The notes under the pieces are model-generated. The model saw only the letters and a program-made list of their open reading frames with translations, searched no databases and was not told the DNA's origin. From an uncultured Candidatus Saccharibacteria bacterium (GTDB lineage: Bacteria; Patescibacteriota; Saccharimonadia; Saccharimonadales; UBA4665), in the NCBI GenBank assembly GCA_964499935.1, contig CAZCMS010000001.1:674452-738451 (forward strand): 64,000 nucleotides of DNA. The letters run 5' to 3'. A program made the translations under genes and the position numbers. Position 1 is the stretch's first letter. Each line of letters begins with the position of its first letter. Positions 35,712-44,152 of this stretch are shown piece after piece.

Positions 35712-36614
35712 TTATGATCTATCGATACTGACTTTTGGCAATATATCAAGTGGTTGCTGATTCATGATAAGCTCCAACCCAGTATTTATAACTCGGCGTA
35801 CATTGTGCATCTGGAACGCAATATCATCTTCAAGCGGAATAGGCCCGTCAACACTGCGTGGCGAAATATATAGACCATGGGCAGCATCCTTTACTACAGG
35901 TGTGCGTTGTCGCAACATACTAGCTTCTTCCGCAGGTAGCGTAGCATGCCACTCATCATGCCAACCCTTTACGCAGTCTGGTGACCCTGTATTCCAATCG
36001 TGTTCGGGAGCAAATAGACCAGCCTGGCCTTGCGCAACTCTTTCGCGCAGTCGTGCACCCAAACTTTCTGCATTGTTCATATCTTTGAAATATTGAGGAT
36101 CAATATCTGCAAAACTTTCGGTATACTCGCTGTAATCCAACGCACCCTCAGGTAATGCAACAACTCTCATCAAACTATTATCCATGAAGCGCTTTGCGAT
36201 CGATTGTGGCTGAGCAATAGTAGAACGAGGCGAAGGTAGCGGTGGAGCAATCGAAACCAGCCCCACTGGTCGCTCATCCGCATGACGCTCCATAACATTC
36301 ATTGCTGCAACAGTCCCAATACAGTGCGGTATCAATAGCACAGGAGAAGCTTCGGGAAGGGTAGCTATATCATCCTCAAGGACCGTAGCCTGAAGACTTG
36401 GGTGTCTTATTTTTTGCACACCGTCTCTGTCTAGATACATACCCTCAATTACTGAATACCCCAGTTCACGCCGTGACAATTCCTGAGCCAGAAGTCGAAG
36501 AATAATTGTTGACTGCATGCCTCCACCGCCACCAGCAACCAAATACACATGAGGCATCTCACGCTCTGTTGCGTTCATTTGATGAAGATGTTCTTGAGGC
36601 CCTAATTCAGTCAT
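35712..36614 (-). CDS. Hypothetical protein (possible alpha/beta-fold)
   Basis: 300-aa ORF with no clear catalytic motif. Somewhat GC-richer than its neighbours. Confidence 0.4.
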   Translation of the reverse strand: MTELGPQEHLHQMNATEREMPHVYLVAGGGGGMQSTIILRLLAQELSRRELGYSVIEGMYLDRDGVQKIRHPSLQATVLEDDIATLPEASPVLLIPHCIGTVAAMNVMERHADERPVGLVSIAPPLPSPRSTIAQPQSIAKRFMDNSLMRVVALPEGALDYSEYTESFADIDPQYFKDMNNAESLGARLRERVAQGQAGLFAPEHDWNTGSPDCVKGWHDEWHATLPAEEASMLRQRTPVVKDAAHGLYISPRSVDGPIPLEDDIAFQMHNVRRVINTGLELIMNQQPLDILPKVSIDRS

Positions 36615-36702
36615 ATGTGGAACATTAATTTTATCTTAAAAAGTAATTTATGCATTATAGAACATTGTGAGTTGAAAGTCCAAATGCTATAGTGACTCCA
36701 AT

Positions 36703-37305
36703 ATGAGCAACGCGATAATTGTCCACGGCAAACCACAAAAAACAACTTATTTTGATCGCAGCGTGCCGTCATCAAGTAACTCAATATGGATACCTTGGCT
36801 TCAAAAAGAGTTGCTGTGTCTTAATATACCTACGCAAACACCAGAAATGCTCAATGCTTGGCAACCAGATTACCAGATATGGTCAAAAGAATTTGAACGT
36901 CACGACATTACACCTGACACACTGCTTATAGGTCACAGTATCGGGGGTGGGTTTATTACACAATGGATTAGCCAACATCCTGACGTAACTGTGGGCAATG
37001 TGTTTTTGGTTGCGCCATCGTTTGGAGATAAATTTAATATCACGCCTCGACTAGAGTACCCTACCACAAACGGTTTTTTCGAATTTGACCTTGACCCAAA
37101 CCTACTTGAACGTGTGAAGAGTCTGACTATTTTTCACTCAGACGATGACAGAGAAAGGGTAGCCACCACTGTCGAACATATCCGAGAAACCTTGCCTGCA
37201 ATCGAATATCGAGAATTTCATAACTATGGACATTTTCGTGGCAAAAGAGACATGCCAAGCGATGAGTTCCCGGAACTTCTAGAAGCAATCACGGCAAAGC
37301 TTTAA
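36703..37305 (+). CDS. YdeN/RBBP9-like serine hydrolase
   Basis: 200 aa. N-terminus IIVHGKP and nucleophile motif GHSIGG, with size typical of the family. Confidence 0.7.
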   Translation: MSNAIIVHGKPQKTTYFDRSVPSSSNSIWIPWLQKELLCLNIPTQTPEMLNAWQPDYQIWSKEFERHDITPDTLLIGHSIGGGFITQWISQHPDVTVGNVFLVAPSFGDKFNITPRLEYPTTNGFFEFDLDPNLLERVKSLTIFHSDDDRERVATTVEHIRETLPAIEYREFHNYGHFRGKRDMPSDEFPELLEAITAKL

Positions 37306-37364
37306 AGCATAAAAGCGTCAGAGCTTTAGTGCGTGATATGTAGATATACTCGTCAAAACCTTGA

Positions 37365-38381
37365 TTACAGAGGCGACTTATTGCGTCGCTTTCTAAGTAT
37401 GAACAGTGTCACGATCGAAATAACTGCCAAAAGGAGCACGGAAATACTACCGACCACAAGCATCAATGGGGCACCTTTAGATTCCGAAGCGCCTGCAGTT
37501 CTTGCGACGGCTTCTGCAACCGCATCAGGCAGAACGTTAAACTCGCCCAGATGCACTCTTGGTGATACTACTCCGGAAGCAGGATCAGTTACTTCAAGCT
37601 CTGCGTGATGCTTCCCTGAAGGCAATCCAGACACGCTGACTGACCAATTTCCGCTTGAATCAGATCGAGTCTTAAACATTTTGGGTTCTGAAAAAACATA
37701 CACAGTAACATCAACGTTCGGTGTTGTCTTTCCCTTCAACTCAAAGGATTCAGTTTTAGTGAACTCAGGTAACTTATCAGGAGTAGAGGGATCATGTTTC
37801 TGGTTATTGAATGAAACGTCACTCACCGCGGGAGGAGTCTGTTGCGTCGCTACATTTGTGGCTGTCGTAGCTGAAGGGGAATTTGATGGCGTAGCTCTTT
37901 TGGGTGGTGCAGCAGATTGCTTATTTGATGAAGTGCTCGGGGCTGCAGGAGCATGAACGGCCCTAGGGTCTGTAAATGTAACTTTTACTGATAATACCGG
38001 CACTTCAGGCCCACCATTTGGGTCTGAGATGATGGTGATAGTTTTTTCACCAGGGACTGAAGATCGTATCGTAAAAGTTCCCGTACCGCTCGACCCAGGT
38101 CCACCAACACGATCTGGGCTAATTGTCGCGCCCCCAGTTATTTGTGCGCCCATAGGCACCCCTAATTCTTCTGTCGTGTAGTCAGACCAGTCGTTAGTAA
38201 CCCATACCTTCAGGACAATCGTACTCACGCCATCTGCAGGTGCAGATGTCGCAGATAGGGTAGGTTTATAAATCCTGTTATAGCCTGCTCCTGCATTTGT
38301 ATGTCTTGTGGATACTAAAGCGAATACACTAACTGCAATTAAACTGAGAACAATGAAAACAACGGATATATTTTTAATCAT
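37365..38381 (-). CDS. Surface protein with Ig-like segments, Pro/Ser/Thr linker and C-terminal TM anchor
   Basis: 338 aa with an N-terminal signal/TM, a low-complexity APAAPSTSSNKQSAAPP linker, and a C-terminal hydrophobic helix plus RKRRNK. Confidence 0.5.
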   Translation of the reverse strand: MIKNISVVFIVLSLIAVSVFALVSTRHTNAGAGYNRIYKPTLSATSAPADGVSTIVLKVWVTNDWSDYTTEELGVPMGAQITGGATISPDRVGGPGSSGTGTFTIRSSVPGEKTITIISDPNGGPEVPVLSVKVTFTDPRAVHAPAAPSTSSNKQSAAPPKRATPSNSPSATTATNVATQQTPPAVSDVSFNNQKHDPSTPDKLPEFTKTESFELKGKTTPNVDVTVYVFSEPKMFKTRSDSSGNWSVSVSGLPSGKHHAELEVTDPASGVVSPRVHLGEFNVLPDAVAEAVARTAGASESKGAPLMLVVGSISVLLLAVISIVTLFILRKRRNKSPL

Positions 38382-38536
38382 TTTTTATTTTATTATTATT
38401 CTAATGATTATTATAAATAACCCTCTTTTCCGTGTCAAATCAACATCACGTAAGCCTACGTGAAGTAGAATTTAGTCCTGCTAGAAAACCTAAAGTTTTA
38501 TTGCTTTTGGCATAAACCTTTAGGTTGATCTTAGCG

Positions 38537-39109
38537 CTAAAATTCTGCTGAGTCGCGCAAAAATTGAGTGAATGACTCATACTTAATTACAGCCATACCA
38601 ACCTTTTGCGCCCCCTCGCAGTAGTCGTATTGGTCGTCAATCATGACACACTCATCAAGCCGTACGCCGAGTCGATCTGCAGTAATTTCGTACGCTTGAG
38701 CACTAGGCTTTGCAAAACCAATATCCCCCGATTCAACCACGACATCAAAATAACGAGGTAGCTCTTTACTAGTGAAATGCCTGGAAAGGCCGTGTTTCGC
38801 AACGTTACTTAGAAGGCCGATTTTGTAATTTGTTTTGAGTTCTTCGATATATTCTAGGAGGGCCGTGTTCTTGATTTGTCCTTCACGCAGTTTATTAACG
38901 TATTCTTCAGAACTCATGCCGAGCAGGGCAGCAGCTTGCTGTTGATACTCAACAGGCTCCAATGTGCCGTCAACCACCTTATCAACGAGTACTATAATCT
39001 TATCAGCCAATTCTGGGTCAGTCTTCTTGAGTTCAGCAAGCATCCTTGCAAGCGCGTCTTCTACAAGCACCCCGTAGCAGTCGAAAATAAGAGCTTTGAT
39101 CATATGCAA
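38537..39109 (-). CDS. HAD-family hydrolase
   Basis: HAD motif I (LIFDCYGVL), motif II/III pattern (LLSN; MIDD). Confidence 0.75.
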   Translation of the reverse strand: MHMIKALIFDCYGVLVEDALARMLAELKKTDPELADKIIVLVDKVVDGTLEPVEYQQQAAALLGMSSEEYVNKLREGQIKNTALLEYIEELKTNYKIGLLSNVAKHGLSRHFTSKELPRYFDVVVESGDIGFAKPSAQAYEITADRLGVRLDECVMIDDQYDYCEGAQKVGMAVIKYESFTQFLRDSAEF

Positions 39110-39193
39110 TTAGTATACCCCACCCCGCACCCATCACCTCTTTGCACGCAAGGAAATATTTACATAAACATATATTTATGATATAATGTAAGG

Positions 39194-39703
39194 ATGCTAG
39201 CATTCATTACTGGTGATCCAGGGGCAGGCAAAACCGCATGCCACGATATACTCCAAGAAAGAGGATACACTAGTTTTGATATCGATAGAGACGGCCTTGC
39301 GTCACCTATTAATATAGACACCGGAGAAATCACCGACACGATAGGTGATACAGCGGAGTGGCATAACCGACATGACTGGGGTCTCAACCCAGAAAAAATC
39401 GATGAAATTAAAATCGCAACAGATGATGAGATAGCATTTGTCTGCGGTACTGTCACTGATGATGGTAGATTATGGCATACGTTTGATAAACATTTTGCTC
39501 TCTACGCCGACGAAGCGACCATACTTCATCGCCTCATAACACGCCCAAATAACCCATTTGGAAAATCCCCCGCAGAAAGAGAACTCGTTATCGAAAATCG
39601 TCCAAGACGGAGAGAGTTATATCAAAAGCTAGGTGCAATACCTATCGACGCCACACAGCCTAAAGAAGCTATGGTCGACGAGATTCTTTCGCGCTTGACA
39701 TAA
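39194..39703 (+). CDS. P-loop kinase-like protein
   Basis: 169 aa with Walker A GDPGAGKTA at the N-terminus. Confidence 0.55.
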   Translation: MLAFITGDPGAGKTACHDILQERGYTSFDIDRDGLASPINIDTGEITDTIGDTAEWHNRHDWGLNPEKIDEIKIATDDEIAFVCGTVTDDGRLWHTFDKHFALYADEATILHRLITRPNNPFGKSPAERELVIENRPRRRELYQKLGAIPIDATQPKEAMVDEILSRLT

Positions 39704-39887
39704 TTTTTCTGGGCACAGGCATTACTTGCAACTGATATAATAATTCAATTAACCAAAATCTCTGGATCCTGAGTCACTACAAATACCCGTGAAACTATTC
39801 GGTGCAGTATTCAATTTTCTGGTCTGTACCACTCTTGATTTTGCTCGTTTTCAGTGGCTCATACTTTGCGAAAAAAATTCCATCGAA

Positions 39888-40202
39888 CTAACGTGATTGT
39901 GTATATTTTTCTGTGATTTTTTCATATCCGTATCTACGAATTTCATTGATAACATCAGCAGGGGAATCTGGCATATTGTGATCGCTAAACACATACACCT
40001 TTCGGTAGGGGAGCCTTGGGTCATGTCGTGACACAATTGCTTCTGCAAGCTCAGTTGCAAGCTGCAATTCTACCGCCCGGTCAGATAGTAGCCATACATT
40101 AGTTCGAAGCGTATAGGAAATTGCGATCTTGAATTCACCCCTCTTTGTAGCTACTAAAAATTTAGCTGAGTTACCAGAATGGTCTATGCGAGTTACTTTC
40201 AT
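39888..40202 (-). CDS. Hypothetical protein
   Basis: 104-aa ORF. Its start ATG lies 2 nt after the stop of a small upstream ORF. Confidence 0.4.
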   Translation of the reverse strand: MKVTRIDHSGNSAKFLVATKRGEFKIAISYTLRTNVWLLSDRAVELQLATELAEAIVSRHDPRLPYRKVYVFSDHNMPDSPADVINEIRRYGYEKITEKYTQSR

Positions 40203-40204
40203 AT

Positions 40205-40339
40205 TTACTTATCACCAGCTATTGTTCGTTTTTCATGTACTGCATTCTTACGGGCAATTTTGCGCGCCTTTTCGTATTGTGCACGTTTTGCGGTAATTTT
40301 TTGAAGTCTGTTCTGTTTCATTTTATCTCGTTTTTTCAT
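40205..40339 (-). CDS. Small basic protein (44 aa), hypothetical
   Basis: Hand translation gives MKKRDKMKQNRLQKITAKRAQYEKARKIARKNAVHEKRTIAGDK-stop. Below the ORF-track length cutoff. Confidence 0.3.
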   Translation of the reverse strand: MKKRDKMKQNRLQKITAKRAQYEKARKIARKNAVHEKRTIAGDK

Positions 40340-40530
40340 GATATACATAAAATTATAATACAAACACGAAAAGACTGTCTTTCATTTCTATCTGTAGTTA
40401 CAAAATTGACAGTGGTCATTTATTATTTTAATAATATCAATCCCTCAATGAGTGCTACGCCATCAGTAATATTATTCACAGCCAATCACTTCTATCCTCT
40501 TTATACTAATACGTGTGAAAGGAGAAGTAT

Positions 40531-40665
40531 ATGAAGGGTAAAATGGACAAAATGAGTGGCAAAGCTAAAAAAACCGCAGGAAAAATCACCGATGATAAAG
40601 AGCTAGAAGCTAGAGGTAAAATGCAAGAAACCGCAGGAAAAGTTAAAGAAAAAACAGTTCGTTGA
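40531..40665 (+). CDS. CsbD-family stress protein (44 aa)
   Basis: Hand translation gives MKGKMDKMSGKAKKTAGKITDDKELEARGKMQETAGKVKEKTVR, behind RBS GGAGAAG. Typical CsbD repeat pattern. Below the ORF-track cutoff. Confidence 0.7.
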   Translation: MKGKMDKMSGKAKKTAGKITDDKELEARGKMQETAGKVKEKTVR

Positions 40666-40755
40666 CGAAAATTCAATTTTCTTGTATGATGTTACCTACG
40701 CAATGTAGATAGTAATCCGTTGCCGTATCTTGATAAGCAAAACATAGTTCGTATG

Positions 40756-40805
40756 AAGCGAGGGACAATGATAAAATCCACCGATTTTATAACTGTCCCT
40801 CGCTT
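40756..40805. repeat. Nested inverted repeat (cassette B 5' hairpin)
   Basis: 12-bp perfect arms AAGCGAGGGACA / TGTCCCTCGCTT enclosing a second stem ATAAAAT / ATTTTAT. Confidence 0.75.
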
Positions 40806-40864
40806 TGTGCAATACGTGCACACCAGCATTATGCTGAAAATCGAGGCAAAACCAAGGAATTGCT

Positions 40865-41251
40865 ATGCTGACAGTAGACAGACAGGAAACGGCAGAGGTA
40901 GCACATACGTGTGGCCTGACCGGTGACGCGAGTCTCATGATTCGCCTCGAGAGCGATGAGGTTCACAAGGAGCGACTGCAAGCTATGCTTCCGACGCTGC
41001 TGACCAAAGACGTTGCTCGACAGCTGAGTAGGGAAGTCTCGATCAATCGTCCTTGCGACCCGAGGAGGACGCCCAAAAATAGGAGTGGAGATCGATCAAT
41101 ATCGGTCAGTGTCGCTGGAGTTCAAGTCTCGCTACATATTGAAGTAACGACGCGGAAGCCTCAGGACTTCGAACCTTTCATTTGGGCAACGCGTGAGTTG
41201 TTGGTGCCGATTCTCGCGGGTCAGCTGACCGTATATAAGAAAATGCTCTAG
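40865..41251 (+). CDS. Hypothetical protein (GC-rich cassette B)
   Basis: 128-aa ORF with RBS AAGGAA 5 nt upstream. Higher G+C than the flanks. No recognisable family. Confidence 0.5.
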   Translation: MLTVDRQETAEVAHTCGLTGDASLMIRLESDEVHKERLQAMLPTLLTKDVARQLSREVSINRPCDPRRTPKNRSGDRSISVSVAGVQVSLHIEVTTRKPQDFEPFIWATRELLVPILAGQLTVYKKML

Positions 41252-41313
41252 TCAATAACAGAAGTAACCCAGTGGCGAAAGTGACTCGCAACAGCATATT
41301 CACGCTCAGCTCG

Positions 41314-41340
41314 CACCGTCTGGTGTCTGTTTTCGTGTTT
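41314..41340 (+). terminator. Short terminator-like hairpin plus GT-rich tract
   Basis: CACC-GTCT-GGTG followed by TCTGTTTTCGTGTTTT. Confidence 0.4.
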
Positions 41341-41354
41341 TGTTTTGCTTGTCA

Positions 41355-41414
41355 TTTTCGCTCTACAAATTAAATAGTTGTACTGATGAGTCCTCAGGAG
41401 GACGAAAGCGAAAG
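41355..41414 (+). ncRNA. Type III hammerhead ribozyme (copy 1)
   Basis: UUUUCGCU-C/UACAA-9 nt-UUGUA/CUGAUGA/GUCC-UCAGGA-GGAC/GAA/AGCGAAAG. An 8-bp helix III, 5-bp helix I and 4-bp helix II, with every invariant core base present. Confidence 0.85.
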
Positions 41415-41494
41415 AATCTTTACAGCGCCAGCTGCCTTGCCGTGCTATAATCCTAAACGATTATAATTCATAAACTCTAATCTAAGGAGAAAAA

Positions 41495-41728
41495 ATGGCA
41501 GATAGAGAATCGGCACCAAACAAACAAGAAGCTCAAAGAACAGGGGAACAACTCGTAGGACCTCTTGCTGTAGCTCGACAATTTTCAGACTATGGCGAAG
41601 ACACCTTACGAATACTCGATGGTAACGGACAGCTAAAAATCGGCGGCATTGGCACAGAATATCACGACGCAGTGGAAGCAATAGTTGCAGCTGCAAACCA
41701 GGGCCTAGAACAAGACCAAAGCCAGTAA
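41495..41728 (+). CDS. Hypothetical protein (77 aa)
   Basis: ORF behind RBS TAAGGAGA and a TTGCCG..TATAAT promoter-like sequence. Confidence 0.5.
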   Translation: MADRESAPNKQEAQRTGEQLVGPLAVARQFSDYGEDTLRILDGNGQLKIGGIGTEYHDAVEAIVAAANQGLEQDQSQ

Positions 41729-41807
41729 CCACCTCTCTAATTATGCCTAGATGAACGCCTGTATTTGCGCACTAACCCTGTTAAGCTTATAGCTAGACGC
41801 TGAAACC

Positions 41808-42734
41808 ATGAGTAAACACAAACATACATTCCCCATCACAGCTCTTATAATTGCTGCAATTTTATGGGGCGCTAATACGGTGTTTATCAAAATTGGTGTT
41901 GAATCTATTCCGGTACCCGTATTTATGTCTATGCGCTTTCTAGCAGTCGGGCTTATTTTGCTGCCATTTGCAATTCGTACCTGGAAACCGCTCAAGCAAA
42001 AGGATTTTTTATTACTATGCTTGTCATCTCTGTTCTACATCACGTTTAGTGTTACGGCGCTTAACATTGGGTTAACTAAAACCACCGCTATCAACACTTC
42101 AATTATCTGGCTACTAAGCCCCTTGCTTTTATTTATACTCTCAACATCCTTTCTGAAGGAAAGAATTAATATACGCACATTTGTCGGCATATGTATTGCT
42201 CTTGCAGGTGCGCTTGTGATTATCGGCGAACCATGGTCACTGCACTCAGGTAATATGGAGGAGATTGTAGGAAATTTATTAATTGTCATATCTGTATTTT
42301 GTAATGTGATTAGTACGATTATCTGTAAGCCAATTGCAAAACGAGTAGGCTCGTATCAGTTGACATTTATGAATTTTGCTCCAGGCATAGTACCAATATT
42401 GCTATATTCCATAACACAACTACGCAAGTTGGAGATAGACACAATCACAAGCGCAAGCTGGAACGCACTCGTTGCCAGTATTATTGCGGTGATTATTGCT
42501 AATCTACTTTTCTTCTATGCATTACGATACAAAGATGCCAGCGAGGTAGGCATTTATCAGTATCTCGATACCGTAGCAACAATCGTTGTGGCGTATTTTT
42601 TACTGTCAGAAACTCCAACAGCAAAATTTGCGCTTGGAGCAACACTTGTATGTGCCGGGGTCTATGTGGCTGAGTTTTATCAAAGTAGTAAATTACAAAA
42701 ACTACTTTATAAAAATACCGGCAATAACCATTAA
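41808..42734 (+). CDS. DMT-superfamily (EamA-like) transporter
   Basis: 308 aa with 10 hydrophobic segments in two EamA-like halves. Confidence 0.75.
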   Translation: MSKHKHTFPITALIIAAILWGANTVFIKIGVESIPVPVFMSMRFLAVGLILLPFAIRTWKPLKQKDFLLLCLSSLFYITFSVTALNIGLTKTTAINTSIIWLLSPLLLFILSTSFLKERINIRTFVGICIALAGALVIIGEPWSLHSGNMEEIVGNLLIVISVFCNVISTIICKPIAKRVGSYQLTFMNFAPGIVPILLYSITQLRKLEIDTITSASWNALVASIIAVIIANLLFFYALRYKDASEVGIYQYLDTVATIVVAYFLLSETPTAKFALGATLVCAGVYVAEFYQSSKLQKLLYKNTGNNH

Positions 42735-42762
42735 ATAATCGTAAATTTGCTACTATATACAC

Positions 42763-43452
42763 ATGGGGAGGAAACAGAACAATATACGTGCATTGTCACC
42801 GAATATATTGATTATTATCGGCACTATAATTGTTCTTGTTGTACTTGCAATGATTTACTCAACCGAAAAATCCAACAAACCACTTGGTCAAGCCGATAAC
42901 TCAATCACGATTCCATGGGTGCCAAATACTGTAAAAAGATGGGAAAAACCTATCGTCGACATGTCTAAAAAATACAATGTTGACCCTAACCTGATTGCGA
43001 TCATCATGACAATAGAATCAGGCGGGTACACCAAAGCTCTCAGCGAAGCTGATGCAGTAGGGCTCATGCAGATTACTCCGCCAACTGCACAGGATATTTC
43101 GCAAAAGTTCCTCAAAAAGAGCATCAAAAAATATAAGCTTGAAGATCCATTTGCAAACATTGAATTTGGAGCAGCCTATCTAGCTTATTTGCGCGACGAA
43201 TTTGGCACAGACCAACAAGGCCCTAGCTGGGACTACACTGCAGAACTCGTTGCAGCAGGCTACAATGGTGGGCCAGGCGCAGCCAATAAACTCGAGCAAG
43301 GAAAGGGTTTAACCGATACACAAACAGTAGTGTACTCACGTGATGTCCTAAACATGTGGCGAGAGCGCAATGCAGAGACAAGCCCAACCTTTGAACGCTG
43401 GAAAGAGCGAGGCGGATCAGAACTTCTGGAAAAGGCAGCTTCGCAAAATTAG
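42763..43452 (+). CDS. Lytic transglycosylase (SLT domain)
   Basis: N-terminal TM anchor. Catalytic region IMTIESGG and GLMQITPPTA, then AYNGGPG. Confidence 0.8.
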   Translation: MGRKQNNIRALSPNILIIIGTIIVLVVLAMIYSTEKSNKPLGQADNSITIPWVPNTVKRWEKPIVDMSKKYNVDPNLIAIIMTIESGGYTKALSEADAVGLMQITPPTAQDISQKFLKKSIKKYKLEDPFANIEFGAAYLAYLRDEFGTDQQGPSWDYTAELVAAGYNGGPGAANKLEQGKGLTDTQTVVYSRDVLNMWRERNAETSPTFERWKERGGSELLEKAASQN

Positions 43453-43488
43453 CAGATTGTGTAATTACGGGCAGCGCTATATAGTACA

Positions 43489-44151
43489 TTGTGCACTATG
43501 AAACAGCAGGCACAACACATGTCCAAGTACATAAAAAAATATCGAATACTGCTTTCGACTATAGCAACTTTATTTCTCCTGGGGCTACTCTTACTTGTGT
43601 GGATATCGTACACAATTAATACGAATAAAAAATACGTACTAGAACCAGATACCAATAAGCACAGCAAAGTAGGTATTGTATTAGGTGCTGGCATTACAAA
43701 AGACGGGAAACCTTTTAGGGAACTACAGTCCCGACTTGATACAGCAGCAGATGCATTACATAAAGGTAACGTCGATAAATTAATACTTTCGGGTGATAAT
43801 CGATTCCCAAACTACAGCGAACCAGATGCTATGATTCGATATTTAAACGAAAAGAAAAATATCTCTAAAGATGTTTTGCAGCCAGATTATGCAGGGCGCA
43901 GCACCTATGAATCATGTGAACGAGCATCAAAAGTTTTTAAACTAAAAGAAACCATTATATTTTCTGCACGCTCCCATTTGCCACGAGCGATATATCTTTG
44001 TCGCCATTTCGACGTACAAGCGTACGGTATACCCAGTAAAGCCGAAGCAAACAACAGTACTCGCAGAGAAATACTCGCAGGCATAAAAGCAGTACTGAAC
44101 GTTAATGTACGGGGCGAACCTACAATTCTAGGCGATCCTATTTTGCTCTAA
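43489..44151 (+). CDS. SanA/YdcF (DUF218) family protein
   Basis: 220 aa. IVLGAGITKDGKP...LILSGDN is the DUF218 pattern after a TM anchor. Confidence 0.75.
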   Translation: MCTMKQQAQHMSKYIKKYRILLSTIATLFLLGLLLLVWISYTINTNKKYVLEPDTNKHSKVGIVLGAGITKDGKPFRELQSRLDTAADALHKGNVDKLILSGDNRFPNYSEPDAMIRYLNEKKNISKDVLQPDYAGRSTYESCERASKVFKLKETIIFSARSHLPRAIYLCRHFDVQAYGIPSKAEANNSTRREILAGIKAVLNVNVRGEPTILGDPILL

Positions 44152-44152
44152 G

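Noticed and set aside
40696-40938. The ORFs of 80 aa (minus strand) and 68 aa (plus strand).
   Set aside because: They are mutually overlapping, span the 12-bp perfect hairpin, and have no RBS. The region is better explained as the cassette B 5' structure.
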